Below are positions 11,246-20,984 of a stretch of 64,000 nt of DNA, piece by piece. Source of the DNA: an uncultured Planctomycetota bacterium (GTDB taxonomy: Bacteria > Planctomycetota > Planctomycetia > Isosphaerales > Isosphaeraceae). Location: positions 1,920,001 to 1,984,000 of the forward strand of contig CAWGMQ010000004.1 of assembly GCA_963823665.1 (NCBI GenBank). Direction: 5' to 3'. The notes beneath the pieces are model-generated. The model made no database searches and had not been told where the DNA came from. It worked only from the letters and a program-made list of their open reading frames with translations. Positions within the stretch are counted from its first letter, which is position 1, and every line of letters begins with the position of its first letter. The position numbers and the translations under genes were made by a program.

Positions 11246-11317
11246 CCGCCGCAGGCCAGCTTCCCAACCCTGGACCCCGGCGATAAAAAGTTCAATTGGC
11301 GTCCTGTCCTCTCCGTT
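11246..11317. repeat. att-like repeat copy 2
   Basis: CCGCCGCAGGCCAGCTTCCCAACCCTGGACCCCGGCGATAAAAAGTTCAATTGGCGTCCTGTCCTCTCCGTT; homologous to 6716-6776. Confidence 0.7.
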
Positions 11318-11354
11318 ATTGGTGAAACAACTTGTAATTCCCTGCCTTTCCGGA

Positions 11355-11804
11355 TTACCACATCCTCTGGACGCGGCTCAGAAACGTGCAAAGGAAGCTA
11401 GTTGCCTCCCTGATGGTGACCGGAGCGACCGCCTTTGAGCGTTCGTGTACCAACACGTTTCGGTAGTCGCGCACGCGGTGCACGGCGATCGTGTCAGGTT
11501 GGGGAATGTGTCCCCGATCCCGGACCCGGTTGACCAGTGCCTCCGTCGATCCGGGTTTCCGGATGCGGAATGCACGCATGAAGTGCTGGAGCGCCGTCTC
11601 GAACTCGGAGAAGACGCGGACAATGTATGTCCCCTCCAGGTGCGTTGCGGCCGTCGTAATGTCCGGTCGCTTCACTTGGCCTTCTATGATGGACGGATCG
11701 TTATTCACCGCAGCTACGAGGCGGTCGGTGCCGAAACGGATTGCCCCGTACTCGCGCTCGACGGCCTTGATCCGGCTCATCCAGTTGAACGCTTCATCCG
11801 GCAT
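11355..11804 (-). CDS. Putative HEPN-domain ribonuclease
   Basis: 149 aa, likely helical; FSEFE in an N-terminal helix and R-N-x3-H motif (YRNVLVH). Confidence 0.65.
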   Translation of the reverse strand: MPDEAFNWMSRIKAVEREYGAIRFGTDRLVAAVNNDPSIIEGQVKRPDITTAATHLEGTYIVRVFSEFETALQHFMRAFRIRKPGSTEALVNRVRDRGHIPQPDTIAVHRVRDYRNVLVHERSKAVAPVTIREATSFLCTFLSRVQRMW

Positions 11805-12456
11805 GGGCTTTCATTTCTTCAAACACCTCCCGAAGCGTCGCTTTAGTCAAGGGCTTCGCCTCAGCCTCGAGGATGTTCGTAACGGTGGGCGCCCCCGCGA
11901 ACATGTAGTGAACGTTCCACTGATTGTTGTAATAGTACAAGCTCGCGATGTCATCGTAGGATGGCATGAGGTAGAGGTCGACAATGCCTTCCGTACCCGG
12001 CGCGGATCGCGCAACCGGCTCCAATAACAGCCGCACCGTCTCCTGCTGGATGAGAAGGCAGGGAGCCCTATAGTTCCCAATCTCGGCGTCCTCCATCTTC
12101 TTCTCCACGATCCTGGTCGCCCAATCCAGTTCCACCGCCCACCTCTTCACCAACTCGATCAGCTTCCGGAGCCTCCCAAGCCATTCGTGGCGGGCCGTCG
12201 CGCGCTCATGGGCGATGCTCTCCAGCGCCTCCCGCGTTGCCTTTTGCGCCGGAGGCTTGATCCAGTTGAAATGCGTCTCGTGCCCGAGCCCCTGAACGGA
12301 CACGATGTACTGAGGCACAGCCTGGGGCGGCTCGTCCTCGGCGCGGGCCTGTTGAACGCTCTTCGGCACGAAGGTGAAACGAAGCGCGCCGGGCGTGTTC
12401 TGATCGTCGTAAATGCTCACCGTGTAATTCAGTGGTATCGCCCGTCGCTTGGTCAT
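11794..12456 (-). CDS. Hypothetical protein overlapping the HEPN gene (candidate partner)
   Basis: 220 aa ORF with GGAGGAG RBS; overlaps the HEPN start by 11 nt. Confidence 0.7.
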   Translation of the reverse strand: MTKRRAIPLNYTVSIYDDQNTPGALRFTFVPKSVQQARAEDEPPQAVPQYIVSVQGLGHETHFNWIKPPAQKATREALESIAHERATARHEWLGRLRKLIELVKRWAVELDWATRIVEKKMEDAEIGNYRAPCLLIQQETVRLLLEPVARSAPGTEGIVDLYLMPSYDDIASLYYYNNQWNVHYMFAGAPTVTNILEAEAKPLTKATLREVFEEMKAHAG

Positions 12457-13012
12457 TTTGCTCCTCCGCCAACCATCGCCTCAACCGCGATCCGAGCGGG
12501 CGCGGCTCCATTCTGGGCAATGTCGATTTCCGTCACTATAAATGTTCTCCGATTTCGCGGGTAAGCTCACATTTTCAATTTCTTGCTAACGCCTCGTGTC
12601 GACTCGCAGGCGAGCGGGTACCGAAGTCAAGCAGAGATGTTAAGAAGCAGCGGGCAATTCATCTCGTGAAAACGTTTGAGATGTCAGGTAGTATACCGAC
12701 AGATATCGGAAGCGCCAGAGGCGGTGGCACCGCACGCAAGCCGCGTGGTACGGGCGGAGCTTGCGTGGGTGGATTTCGGTCGGCGGTCATTAGCGGATTC
12801 TCGAACACGATCGCGAAGTGGTTCAGTGCTACTTGTCATTTTGCGTTACGAAGCGACACAGGTATTCGGTCGGGAGGCGTTCAATGGCGAACATCGTCGA
12901 GACGCTCTAGAAATATGCTCTAAATGAGCAATACGATCGATGGCATGCAAGCAAGTTTAAGGATCGGAACGATATCGCCAGGGAGCACCTGCGGCGATTT
13001 TTTGACGCGACT

Positions 13013-13645
13013 ATGGATGAAGTCAGGCTGCTGCACGCCTCGAAATACGGTTATGAAGTGCTAGCGCTGACCGACCTCGAAGATCATGACCACGACATTC
13101 GCCTGGATTATGCCGACGCGATCCAGGTTGGAGTAGTTTGCGGGGGGCGATACGGCAAAAAACCGCGCCCTTATGTTTTGACCTATTATCCTGAAGGGGA
13201 TCCTGACCGAGGACGATGGTTCCTGACGTTTGATCGCACCGAGATCGAGGACATCAGTGACGGGCGAATGGCAGAGATTACGTTGTACTGCTGCACGTCG
13301 CCCGAGTGCCGCTGCAAGTTTCGCGAGCAGAACGATTACTGCTTCTATTGTGACTATGCGGACGATCCGAACTTTGGGACCTTCAACTTTCCGGAAGCCC
13401 AATCGAAATTAGCAGAGCGGGGTATCGGGGGGTTATCAGAAAACTCGACCAAGGAAGAGGTTATCAAAGCGCTCGGCCCGCCGGATGGGTCTGGCGGTGG
13501 GATTGAACATCCACCGCTTGGTTACATTTGGCCCTGGACCCTATACCGGTTTGTGGACTGCCAGCTTCGTTTCGAGTTCAACACGAATAGCACGAGGATT
13601 CGCAGCATCAACATCATGGAAAGGGACTGGGAACCGGGCAAGTGA
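13013..13645 (+). CDS. Hypothetical protein with Cys cluster
   Basis: 210 aa ORF; CCTSPECRC...YCFYCDY. Confidence 0.6.
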   Translation: MDEVRLLHASKYGYEVLALTDLEDHDHDIRLDYADAIQVGVVCGGRYGKKPRPYVLTYYPEGDPDRGRWFLTFDRTEIEDISDGRMAEITLYCCTSPECRCKFREQNDYCFYCDYADDPNFGTFNFPEAQSKLAERGIGGLSENSTKEEVIKALGPPDGSGGGIEHPPLGYIWPWTLYRFVDCQLRFEFNTNSTRIRSINIMERDWEPGK

Positions 13646-13709
13646 AGCGGCTGACAAAGCGTTGCACCTCGCCGCACCCCCATTCTGATTTTGCACGACA
13701 CCACGCCGT

Positions 13710-14072
13710 TACGACGCACGCAGCTACGAGCTGATCGCCCGCGTCTTCGACGGAAAGACTGAGGGCCTCACCCGCGACGACATCCTCGACAACATCACGA
13801 TCACCTGGTTGACGAACACGGCGATTTCTAGCGCCCGTCTCTATTGGGAGTATTTTGGGAAAGGGTATTTCAATGCCAAAGGCGTCTCGATCCCGGTTGC
13901 CGTGAGCGTCTTTCCTGACGAACTCTATCCAGCCCCGCGGAGTTGGACAGAGCAGGCGTATCCCAAACTGATCCATTACAATCGCTTGCCAAAGGGCGGA
14001 CACTTCGCCGCCTGGGAGCGGCCGCAACTTTTTTCAGAGGAAGTTCGTGCGGGGTTCAGATCGCTGCGATAA
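13710..14072 (+). pseudogene. C-terminal fragment of an epoxide hydrolase
   Basis: LTRDDILDNITITWLTNTAISSARLYWE...GGHFAAWERP; N-terminal part absent. Confidence 0.85.
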
Positions 14073-14155
14073 TAGACGGCGAAAGTGGCAACCTGATCTG
14101 AAAGAAAGGTCAATGGCCCAAATGTTCGCAGTCCAACAGGAGGCAGGGAGGAATC

Positions 14156-14938
14156 ATGAAACTCACAGGCAAGAAGGCGCTCATCACCGGCGGAAACAGC
14201 GGCATCGGCTTGGCCACTGCCCGCCTTTTCGTTGCAGAAGGCGCTGAAGTCGCGATTACCGGCCGGGACCAGAAGTCGCTGGATCAAGCAGTCGCCGAAC
14301 TGGGGCCCAACGTGCGCGGCTATCGCGCCGACGTTACCGTCGCGGACGACCGGAAGCGGCTCTTCGCGGATCTTGCCAAGGATTTCGGCAAGCTGGACAT
14401 CGTCTTCGCCAATGCCGGCATCTCCGGCCAGACCCCTACCGGCTCGACCGACGAGGCGATTTTTGAGAATGTCATTCGTACCAACCTCAGTGCCGCTTTT
14501 TTTACGGTGAATTCAGCTGCCCCTTTGCTGAACGAGAACGGCAGCATCATCTTTAACGGATCGGTACACAACCATCTGGGCCAAGCCGGTGTGGCCGCAT
14601 ATGCGGCCACGAAGGGCGGCGTTGTCTCCATGGCGCGTTCCATCGCCGCCGATCTTGCACCGCGCAACATTCGTGTGAACGTCGTGGCGCCAGGCGCGAC
14701 GAAGACTCCCATTTGGAATCGCGGGCCACGCGCTTCTATGTCTGCAGATGAGTCCGCCAAGCTGGCCGAAGCCATCTCGTCCAGGATTCCACTGGGCCGC
14801 TGGGGTGAGCCGGAAGAACTTGCCAAAGCCGTACTTTTCCTTGCCTCAGATGACTCCTCCTACGTCAACGCCATCGAGCTGATCGTTGATGGAGGCGCGA
14901 CGGGCGCACCGTGGGGAACGCCCATTTTTCACGAATAA
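14156..14938 (+). CDS. SDR family oxidoreductase
   Basis: TGGNSGIG, FANAG, YAATK, NVVAPG. Confidence 0.95.
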   Translation: MKLTGKKALITGGNSGIGLATARLFVAEGAEVAITGRDQKSLDQAVAELGPNVRGYRADVTVADDRKRLFADLAKDFGKLDIVFANAGISGQTPTGSTDEAIFENVIRTNLSAAFFTVNSAAPLLNENGSIIFNGSVHNHLGQAGVAAYAATKGGVVSMARSIAADLAPRNIRVNVVAPGATKTPIWNRGPRASMSADESAKLAEAISSRIPLGRWGEPEELAKAVLFLASDDSSYVNAIELIVDGGATGAPWGTPIFHE

Positions 14939-15012
14939 CCTCGGAGCCCGTTCCGTTTTGGTGCAATAACAACGCAGGGCGACTGGTCCCTGCCCAGCAG
15001 AAAGTGTGTTCC

Positions 15013-15843
15013 ATGTCACATCACTTTGATACGCCAACCGCCCGAGAAGACCCGCGCATCTGCGTAAACGATTTTTATTTGTTCGATGGGGCCGCTGGCG
15101 CGACCGTTATGGCCATGACGGTGAACGCCGATGCGGGATTGTCCGCACCGGATACATTCCGAGATGAGGGCCTGTACGCTTTCCGCTTCGACCTGAACGG
15201 CGACGCGCGGGAGGAGCTCACGTTCAAGTTCAGGTTCGGCGCCCCACGCCATGCCGACGGGACCGAGCATCGCCACGTCCAGGACTTCCAGGTTCGCATG
15301 GCAAGCGGCGCGGATGCCCTTCACGGCCTCGGCGGCGAGTTGCTTGCTGAAGGCGAAACCGGAGAATGCGTCGGCCGATCGGGGATACGGGCCTACGCCG
15401 GACTGGCTCCGGACCTGTTCGCCGTCGATCAGGCGGGGGTTCATGACTTCATGACATCGTTCTACAAAGAGCAAAAGTACAACCCCCAGGCCTTCGTTCA
15501 TCGAAAGAATTTCTTCGCCAATCGGAACGTCTCGGCGATCGTGCTGGAAGTCCCCAATCGCCTGATTGGGGAAGGCACGGTCCGAGCCTGGGCGACGGCT
15601 TCACTCGTCGGTCATGCGCCGGAGGTCCAGGTGTCACGCTGGGGGCTGCCGATGATCACGCACATCTTTCTGAGCGATCACAGCAAAGATCTCAAGGAAG
15701 CCTTCAACCGTTCCTTGCCTTGCGACGATGTGGCAAGGCACTTACGTCGCTCGTCTATCTTCATCCGCTTGACGTTGCGCCGGGTCGAGCCTCCACGGTG
15801 GACGCTGAATCCGGCACAATCCGGTCATGGCCGGCGATCGTGA
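15013..15843 (+). pseudogene. DUF4331-family protein, 3'-truncated (similarity seems to end near 15735)
   Basis: MSHHFDTPTAREDPRICVNDFYLF, NVSAIVLEVP, QVSRWGLP, then an unrelated tail. Confidence 0.7.
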
Positions 15844-15976
15844 TCGTGCGACCAGTTTTACTCGCGACTCCGAGCGTACCGGACGAGTTGCCTTGCCTGA
15901 TCATCTGTCGTCTCGCCAGATTGATAATCGGAATCGAAGACAAGACATCGCGAGGTGCCCTTTCAGGTGGCCGGTC

Positions 15977-16402
15977 TCACTTCACCGAGGCGCCACGAAT
16001 CTTCAATACGGACTTTGCAACAACTTTGTCCTTCGTAGCACCCGAAGATTTGGGTAGCGCTGGTCGAGACGTCGGGCGGTTTTTGAGCCCCATTGCCGGG
16101 CCGGCTGCGGCTTTTTTTTTCGCCCGCTTCGCGGCTTTCTGCTTGTCGTATACCTTGCGTAGCTGCCAGTCGGATTCCAAGCCCAACCACATGGTCGCCG
16201 ACACGCCGAACGCCCGCTGTAGCTGCAACGCAGTCTCGGCCGTGATGCTTTTCTTTCCGTTGATGATTGCGCCCACGATCTGGAGCGGACGGCCCATCTT
16301 CTCGGCAAGTAGCCTCTGCGTCCAACCGCGCTCTTTTAACTCATCCCGGATAAGATCGCCCGGGGGGAACGCCCCAAATACCTGGTTCCATTTGACAGTC
16401 AT
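15977..16402 (-). CDS. higA: HigA-family antitoxin (XRE HTH) with Lys/Ala-rich C-terminal tail
   Basis: PPGDLIRDELKERGWTQ...IINGKKSITAETALQL...WLGLESDW; downstream of the toxin. Confidence 0.9.
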   Translation of the reverse strand: MTVKWNQVFGAFPPGDLIRDELKERGWTQRLLAEKMGRPLQIVGAIINGKKSITAETALQLQRAFGVSATMWLGLESDWQLRKVYDKQKAAKRAKKKAAAGPAMGLKNRPTSRPALPKSSGATKDKVVAKSVLKIRGASVK

Positions 16403-16418
16403 CGCGCCCCCTCGGATC

Positions 16419-16715
16419 TCAGTGGTAGTCTTCTATGCCGGTCAAGACAAGTCGGTTACCCTCGTCTGTCGACTCGATTTGAAAAATCAAACGGAATTGG
16501 TCGTTGATGCGCATCGAGTACTCGTACTTACGCTTCCCTTTCAACTTCTCGAAATGAAGTCCTTTGACCGCTCGCAGATCGTTCTCGTTCTCAGCTCTCA
16601 CGATCAGACGTAGCACTTTTAAGAAAGCTTTGACGACTTCCTTGCTATACCCACCGGTAAAATCGGGATCGTCCTCAATCCCTTGCAACGTCTTGTCCTC
16701 ATGTCGGTACAACAT
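16419..16715 (-). CDS. higB: HigB-family (RelE-like) toxin
   Basis: GLHFEKLKGKRKYEYSMRINDQFRLIF...IEDYH. Confidence 0.92.
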   Translation of the reverse strand: MLYRHEDKTLQGIEDDPDFTGGYSKEVVKAFLKVLRLIVRAENENDLRAVKGLHFEKLKGKRKYEYSMRINDQFRLIFQIESTDEGNRLVLTGIEDYH

Positions 16716-16727
16716 TCATTGCCATAC

Positions 16728-16738
16728 TAGCATTGCTA
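16728..16738. promoter_or_regulatory. Candidate HigA operator palindrome
   Basis: TAGCATTGCTA just upstream of the higB start. Confidence 0.35.
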
Positions 16739-16807
16739 CCATGCCCAGGCTAGTCTGAGCGGGCAAGTGCGAAGGCTACTTGAGCCCAACGTTGAGAGCT
16801 TAGTTCA

Positions 16808-17050
16808 ATGGAGAATCCACGACGATGCAGGATCACTCTAAGGCATTGGCTGCTGATCGTCGTAATCGCCGCGCTGATTGCTTATGCCGTTGTTCAGACG
16901 ATTTCGACCATGCGTCGCATCGAACGGGCGGCCGAGGTGGAGCGCACGCGGTGGTTACAACTAATGAAGGCGGACGAACGGGCATCCAAAGAAACGCGCA
17001 TCATGCACTTGGACCCGAAAACAGCAAGAGTGCCCAAAGAAATCGAATGA
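16808..17050 (+). CDS. Small single-pass membrane protein
   Basis: RITLRHWLLIVVIAALIAYAVVQ hydrophobic segment. Confidence 0.55.
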   Translation: MENPRRCRITLRHWLLIVVIAALIAYAVVQTISTMRRIERAAEVERTRWLQLMKADERASKETRIMHLDPKTARVPKEIE

Positions 17051-17534
17051 GGCACAGGCTCAGCGACTGGTAAACTGCGCGGAGATCTCGTACACATGGC
17101 GTTGGTTCATCGCAACGGCGGAACGTACACCCACCGATGCGTTCGGCGGAATGTAAGGGTTACCTCGGAATACGGGGGAAGGGGCGTACACGCCTTCCTC
17201 ATCTCGCGGCTCGAGGCCATCGAGCTCGTCAGAACGCTCCTTTGAGCCAACCTGCCCGAATCTGTAGATTCCCGACTGCTGGTTCGACGATACGGCGGTC
17301 CGACGATTGCATGCTTCCGCCCGAACTGACCGGAGCGTAGCACCTCCGACGACGTCACGGTCGGCGCCCTGCGCGAGTCGGCTGCGTCCCAGCCCGGCCT
17401 GATGCTTCCGTCTTAAGCTCGCCAGAATGGAACGCCCGAGTCGAGAAGCGCCCGGCTCGCCTTTCGGTCGAGGGCCAGCTAAAGATAGACTGTAACGCGG
17501 AACGGTTTGGCGGGTGGCCACCTGTCAGATCGAG

Positions 17535-17600
17535 CGAACCCGGCGAGTCGTGGCATCCCCTGTCCGTGACTGCCGGGTTCGGCCCGACTCACAGGGGAAA
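17535..17600 (+). promoter_or_regulatory. Hairpin/pseudoknot leader whose loop is complementary to the RBS (copy 1)
   Basis: Stem 17535-17553/17564-17581; loop CATCCCCTGT pairs with ACAGGGGA (17591-17598) before ATG 17605. Confidence 0.55.
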
Positions 17601-17604
17601 TAGA

Positions 17605-18498
17605 ATGTCGGCAGGAAACGAGCCCGACCGGCCGAGTTTTACATTCAAGTATGACTTCGAGCCGCCACAGACAATAGTTGTGACCCGCGAAATGTTGGAG
17701 CGGGAATCCGCGCTCCAAAACATACGTGACTGGGTACCGGACCCTAAAACGCTAACTGTCGGCCTATTGGCACGCCTGCTTTACGACATGGACAAGCTTT
17801 GGCCCGACCCGACGCAACGCGTCCCAGACGCGTACGTCCGCCGAAGCGTCGTACTCAACGAATGCGCCGCATACGGTGATTTCGTCCGATGGGCAAACAC
17901 TGTGCTTGGTCGTAATGGTGATTTTGAAGCAGCGAAGGAACTGCAATCACAACTTGCTCGCCGCCTTAAGAGGACGTTTGCGGAAATTGACTTGATGCCC
18001 CTCGGTGACGCCGTGCGGACAATCCTTGAGCCCGAGGATGCTTGCATCGAGTCCGCCGACCGGATGAGCACGGCAACGAATGCCGCAGAGCTTGTCTATC
18101 AAAACGCTAGCAATCTAGCTCCACATGATCCGTGGCTTCGTGACAAACTGAAGTCGCTCGTTACGCAAACGCCGCCCGTCTTGGACGCAGGCATAGACGC
18201 GAAACCAGCGGGACGGGCGACGGAAGTCGCACCTGTCCCGGCGCCAGCCAGTCCACCAGGTGACCCCGCCTCCCGCGCCGTGGCTGCCGCATATCAACTT
18301 CGGAAAGGAGGCAAGTCGGTGACCATCCGCGCCGTTTGCAGAGCCGCAGGGGTGGATCGCAACAACCTGGCCGACAACCACCCTGAAATCATCCAGCTTA
18401 TCCGTCAACTTGGCGAACCGGATCGTAAGCCACCTTCCGGAACGCGCGACCGCCGGACTGGGGACTTGCAAGCCGTAGACGATTCAGAAGACGACTGA
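17605..18498 (+). CDS. Protein with unique N-terminus and conserved C-terminal HTH-like domain (module copy 1, gene A)
   Basis: C-terminus GDPASRAVAAAYQLRKGGKSVTIRAVCRAAGVDRNNL...RDRRTGDLQA is paralogous to 23065-23841. Confidence 0.75.
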   Translation: MSAGNEPDRPSFTFKYDFEPPQTIVVTREMLERESALQNIRDWVPDPKTLTVGLLARLLYDMDKLWPDPTQRVPDAYVRRSVVLNECAAYGDFVRWANTVLGRNGDFEAAKELQSQLARRLKRTFAEIDLMPLGDAVRTILEPEDACIESADRMSTATNAAELVYQNASNLAPHDPWLRDKLKSLVTQTPPVLDAGIDAKPAGRATEVAPVPAPASPPGDPASRAVAAAYQLRKGGKSVTIRAVCRAAGVDRNNLADNHPEIIQLIRQLGEPDRKPPSGTRDRRTGDLQAVDDSEDD

Positions 18499-18587
18499 CC
18501 CCGCCAATTTACCCCGCCAGGCAAAACCGTTTTCGCCCTGGAAAACAACCGGTTTCACGACCCCGCCATCCAGCCACGACCCCGCCA
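18498..18587 (+). repeat. Four ACCCCGCCA direct repeats between genes A and B
   Basis: Copies at 18498, 18511, 18560, 18579; degenerate equivalents at ~23841-23930. Confidence 0.75.
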
Positions 18588-18649
18588 CCCGCGCGATAGG
18601 TCATGAAGCCGCGAAGTGCGGCATTCAAAACCCAACCGTGGAGTGGATC

Positions 18650-19243
18650 ATGTCACGCAGAAAACCGCCAGATACGTTTCGGCCCAAGGAATCCCCGATC
18701 GTATGGTTCCGGGAAATGCTGCTCGCCGTTGACCGTGGCGATTTTCATCGCGCCGCTGAGTCGCAACGCCAACTTGACCGCCTCGGGTGGCAAGTGACCC
18801 AGAAGAGAACCCGCCAGTTCATCGTCGCATACCTCTGGCAGGGAGAGCAGGTATTGTCCGGCGAACTCGAGCATGTCCGCAGATCGCGTGACGAACTCAG
18901 CGAAGAGAATCTGGACTCATCAGATGTGCACAAGGTGCTCAAGCCATGGCTGCCCGACCTGGTCCGAGCGATGCGAGACGCGACCGACCGCTATCAAATG
19001 CGGCGCACTCGCGGTTTGCAGCACCAACTGCAAGAGGCATTGGGGTCGCCTGTCCTTAAAGAAGAACACGTCAACGGAGCGCAGAAGGAGGCACCAACCA
19101 TCTCGATACGGTTGATGGACGGAATGAATTGGGTCGAAAAAATTTCGCGTTTAGTAGAGCATATGATGAAAGCCGTGGGCGTCGTCACGAAAGCCATAGA
19201 GTATTTTTCAGGGACCAGCTCGCCGTCCCCACCTTCCAAGTGA
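18650..19243 (+). CDS. Hypothetical protein (module copy 1, gene B)
   Basis: 197 aa; same length as and clearly paralogous to 23993-24586 (RGDFxRAAESQRQLDRxGW...SPSPPSK). Confidence 0.75.
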   Translation: MSRRKPPDTFRPKESPIVWFREMLLAVDRGDFHRAAESQRQLDRLGWQVTQKRTRQFIVAYLWQGEQVLSGELEHVRRSRDELSEENLDSSDVHKVLKPWLPDLVRAMRDATDRYQMRRTRGLQHQLQEALGSPVLKEEHVNGAQKEAPTISIRLMDGMNWVEKISRLVEHMMKAVGVVTKAIEYFSGTSSPSPPSK

Positions 19244-19642
19244 TCAAACCGTTAAACGCCGCCAGGCGCGGCCGTCTACATTTTGATGCGTGCCTCCGAG
19301 GTCCCCAATAGGCCCACATCCAAGGGGGAGGTTATGATTTGATCGATCACCATCGCGTTCGCATATTAGAGCTCGGCTCGTCGAGGGGTCACCCGCTCAC
19401 TGGCGGAACGGCGCAGAGGAGGTACCCACGCTTTTCAGCTCGGAACACAAGATCATTAATCCAGTGGCCGAGGCGAGAGGTCACGTTATACTCTGAACAA
19501 GAACCAATCTGCGGCGCCGAAGGCGCAGTCCAATGGCTCGCCTTGGCGGCGGACCGAATTCGACGGTCGCGTCCGAGAAGTCAACAGGCCGTCTGATATC
19601 CGATCTCTAGGAATCGTCCGTACCGCGAATCGCGAGACTCCC

Positions 19643-20925
19643 ATGAAAGAACCCAGGCGCAACTCACGCGATCCTACACTCGGACAGAAAGTAGCGCATC
19701 CGATGGTTAGACAAACGAAGCGGGTGCAACTTACCAGCGACGATTGGTCGCGCCTCTCCGCTTCAGATTTCGAACGTCTCTGCGCGGATATGCTGCGTTC
19801 GTTCGGCTTTCAGAACGTTCAGTTGCTGGCGGGACCCGGTGACAAGGGGCGCGATATCTTATGTGACCGGACCGTTCAGTTCGGACCCGGAATTAGCACC
19901 ACGCTTTCATGGATTGTTCAGTGCAAGCACACAGTCGGCGGACTTTCGAAACACGTCGTCTACAAAGATCTGGTCAAAGCCAAGGAACACAGAGCGGACT
20001 TTTGGTGGCTCCTCACAACCGCCGACGTTACACCCGCCCTCTATGACTGGATTCGCGCCATCGAACGTACGGAGTTTCCATTTCGCATGGGCTGCCTTGA
20101 TCGGCGAGCCCTCGATAGCGCGATGCTCGAGCTCCCGCGCCTCCTCGGCAAGTATTTTCCGTTCGAGCTTGGTCCGCAGGAACGAGTGTGGGCGGAAGTG
20201 ATGTCGGTCATGTCAAACGGCCGTTACGTGCAAGCGCTGGAAACGCTGCAGGCAAATGACGATGGATTACATCCCAGAACTTCCTATCTCATTGCTTGCT
20301 GTCTCTCGATGCTCGCGCACGACGCTAATTCGCAACCGAACCTTCAGAAGGCGTTTCGTGCTTTGGAGGAAGCAAACGCTCGTGGTTACATTCCATATAT
20401 GCAGCAGCTGGTGGGATGGCCTGAAAACAAGTGCCGCGCCCAGGTAAGGCTGGATCCAGAGCTAACCCTTCTCCTTCAGTCTGACCGCACGCGATTTCTA
20501 GCTCTGTTCGGCGCGGACACGAGTGACGGGGACCGGGAGATGTGTCTAGCGGCCGACACTTTAGTGCAAGTTGAGGAAGCCGAAGAGCGCCCAATCGGTC
20601 AGCTGCGGCCTGGGACCAGACTTCTCACGCAGATTGCGGATGTCCCAGAGTTTGGAGAGGTCGCGATGGTACGGCAACAGCAGGTGGCGGGCACGTTCCT
20701 CATTAACAACAGCGTAAAAGCAACAGCCGCTCATCGTTTTGCAACCATTGACGGCTGGCGAAGTGCCGAAGACTCCGTATTGGTGACGTGCTCATTACTG
20801 CCGATGGCTGGCAAGGCATTTCGAGTATCAATTACGAGCCAAATCTCGCGCTGGTCTGTCAAATGACAGTGTTGGGCCAACCCTGCTTTTACGCGAATGG
20901 TTACCTCGTTCACAATGACAAATAA
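19643..20925 (+). CDS. Mrr-like PD-(D/E)XK restriction endonuclease + TPR-like region + C-terminal Hint domain (1 bp frameshift at ~20773)
   Basis: FERLCADML...GPGDKGRDI...VQCKH; YLIACCLS...DPEL; Hint CLAADTLV...ATAAHRF...GWRSAED then shifted frame RIGDVL...FYANGYLVHNDK*. Confidence 0.8.
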
Positions 20926-20984
20926 ACCTCCCATCCACACTCTCAGTGTGTGCTTCCCAACCGGTTCAAGACCAAGTAGCCCAC

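Noticed and set aside
12733..12767. Hairpin CACGCAAGC...GCTTGCGTG as an ncRNA
   Set aside because: A single isolated stem with no second copy or other support.
13646..13715. Integron attC site (GCTGACAAAGCGTTGCACC...) after the 210-aa ORF; similar GCCGAACAAGGC at ~6564
   Set aside because: They resemble left halves of attC sites, but I find no complementary right halves, no regular array and no integron integrase.
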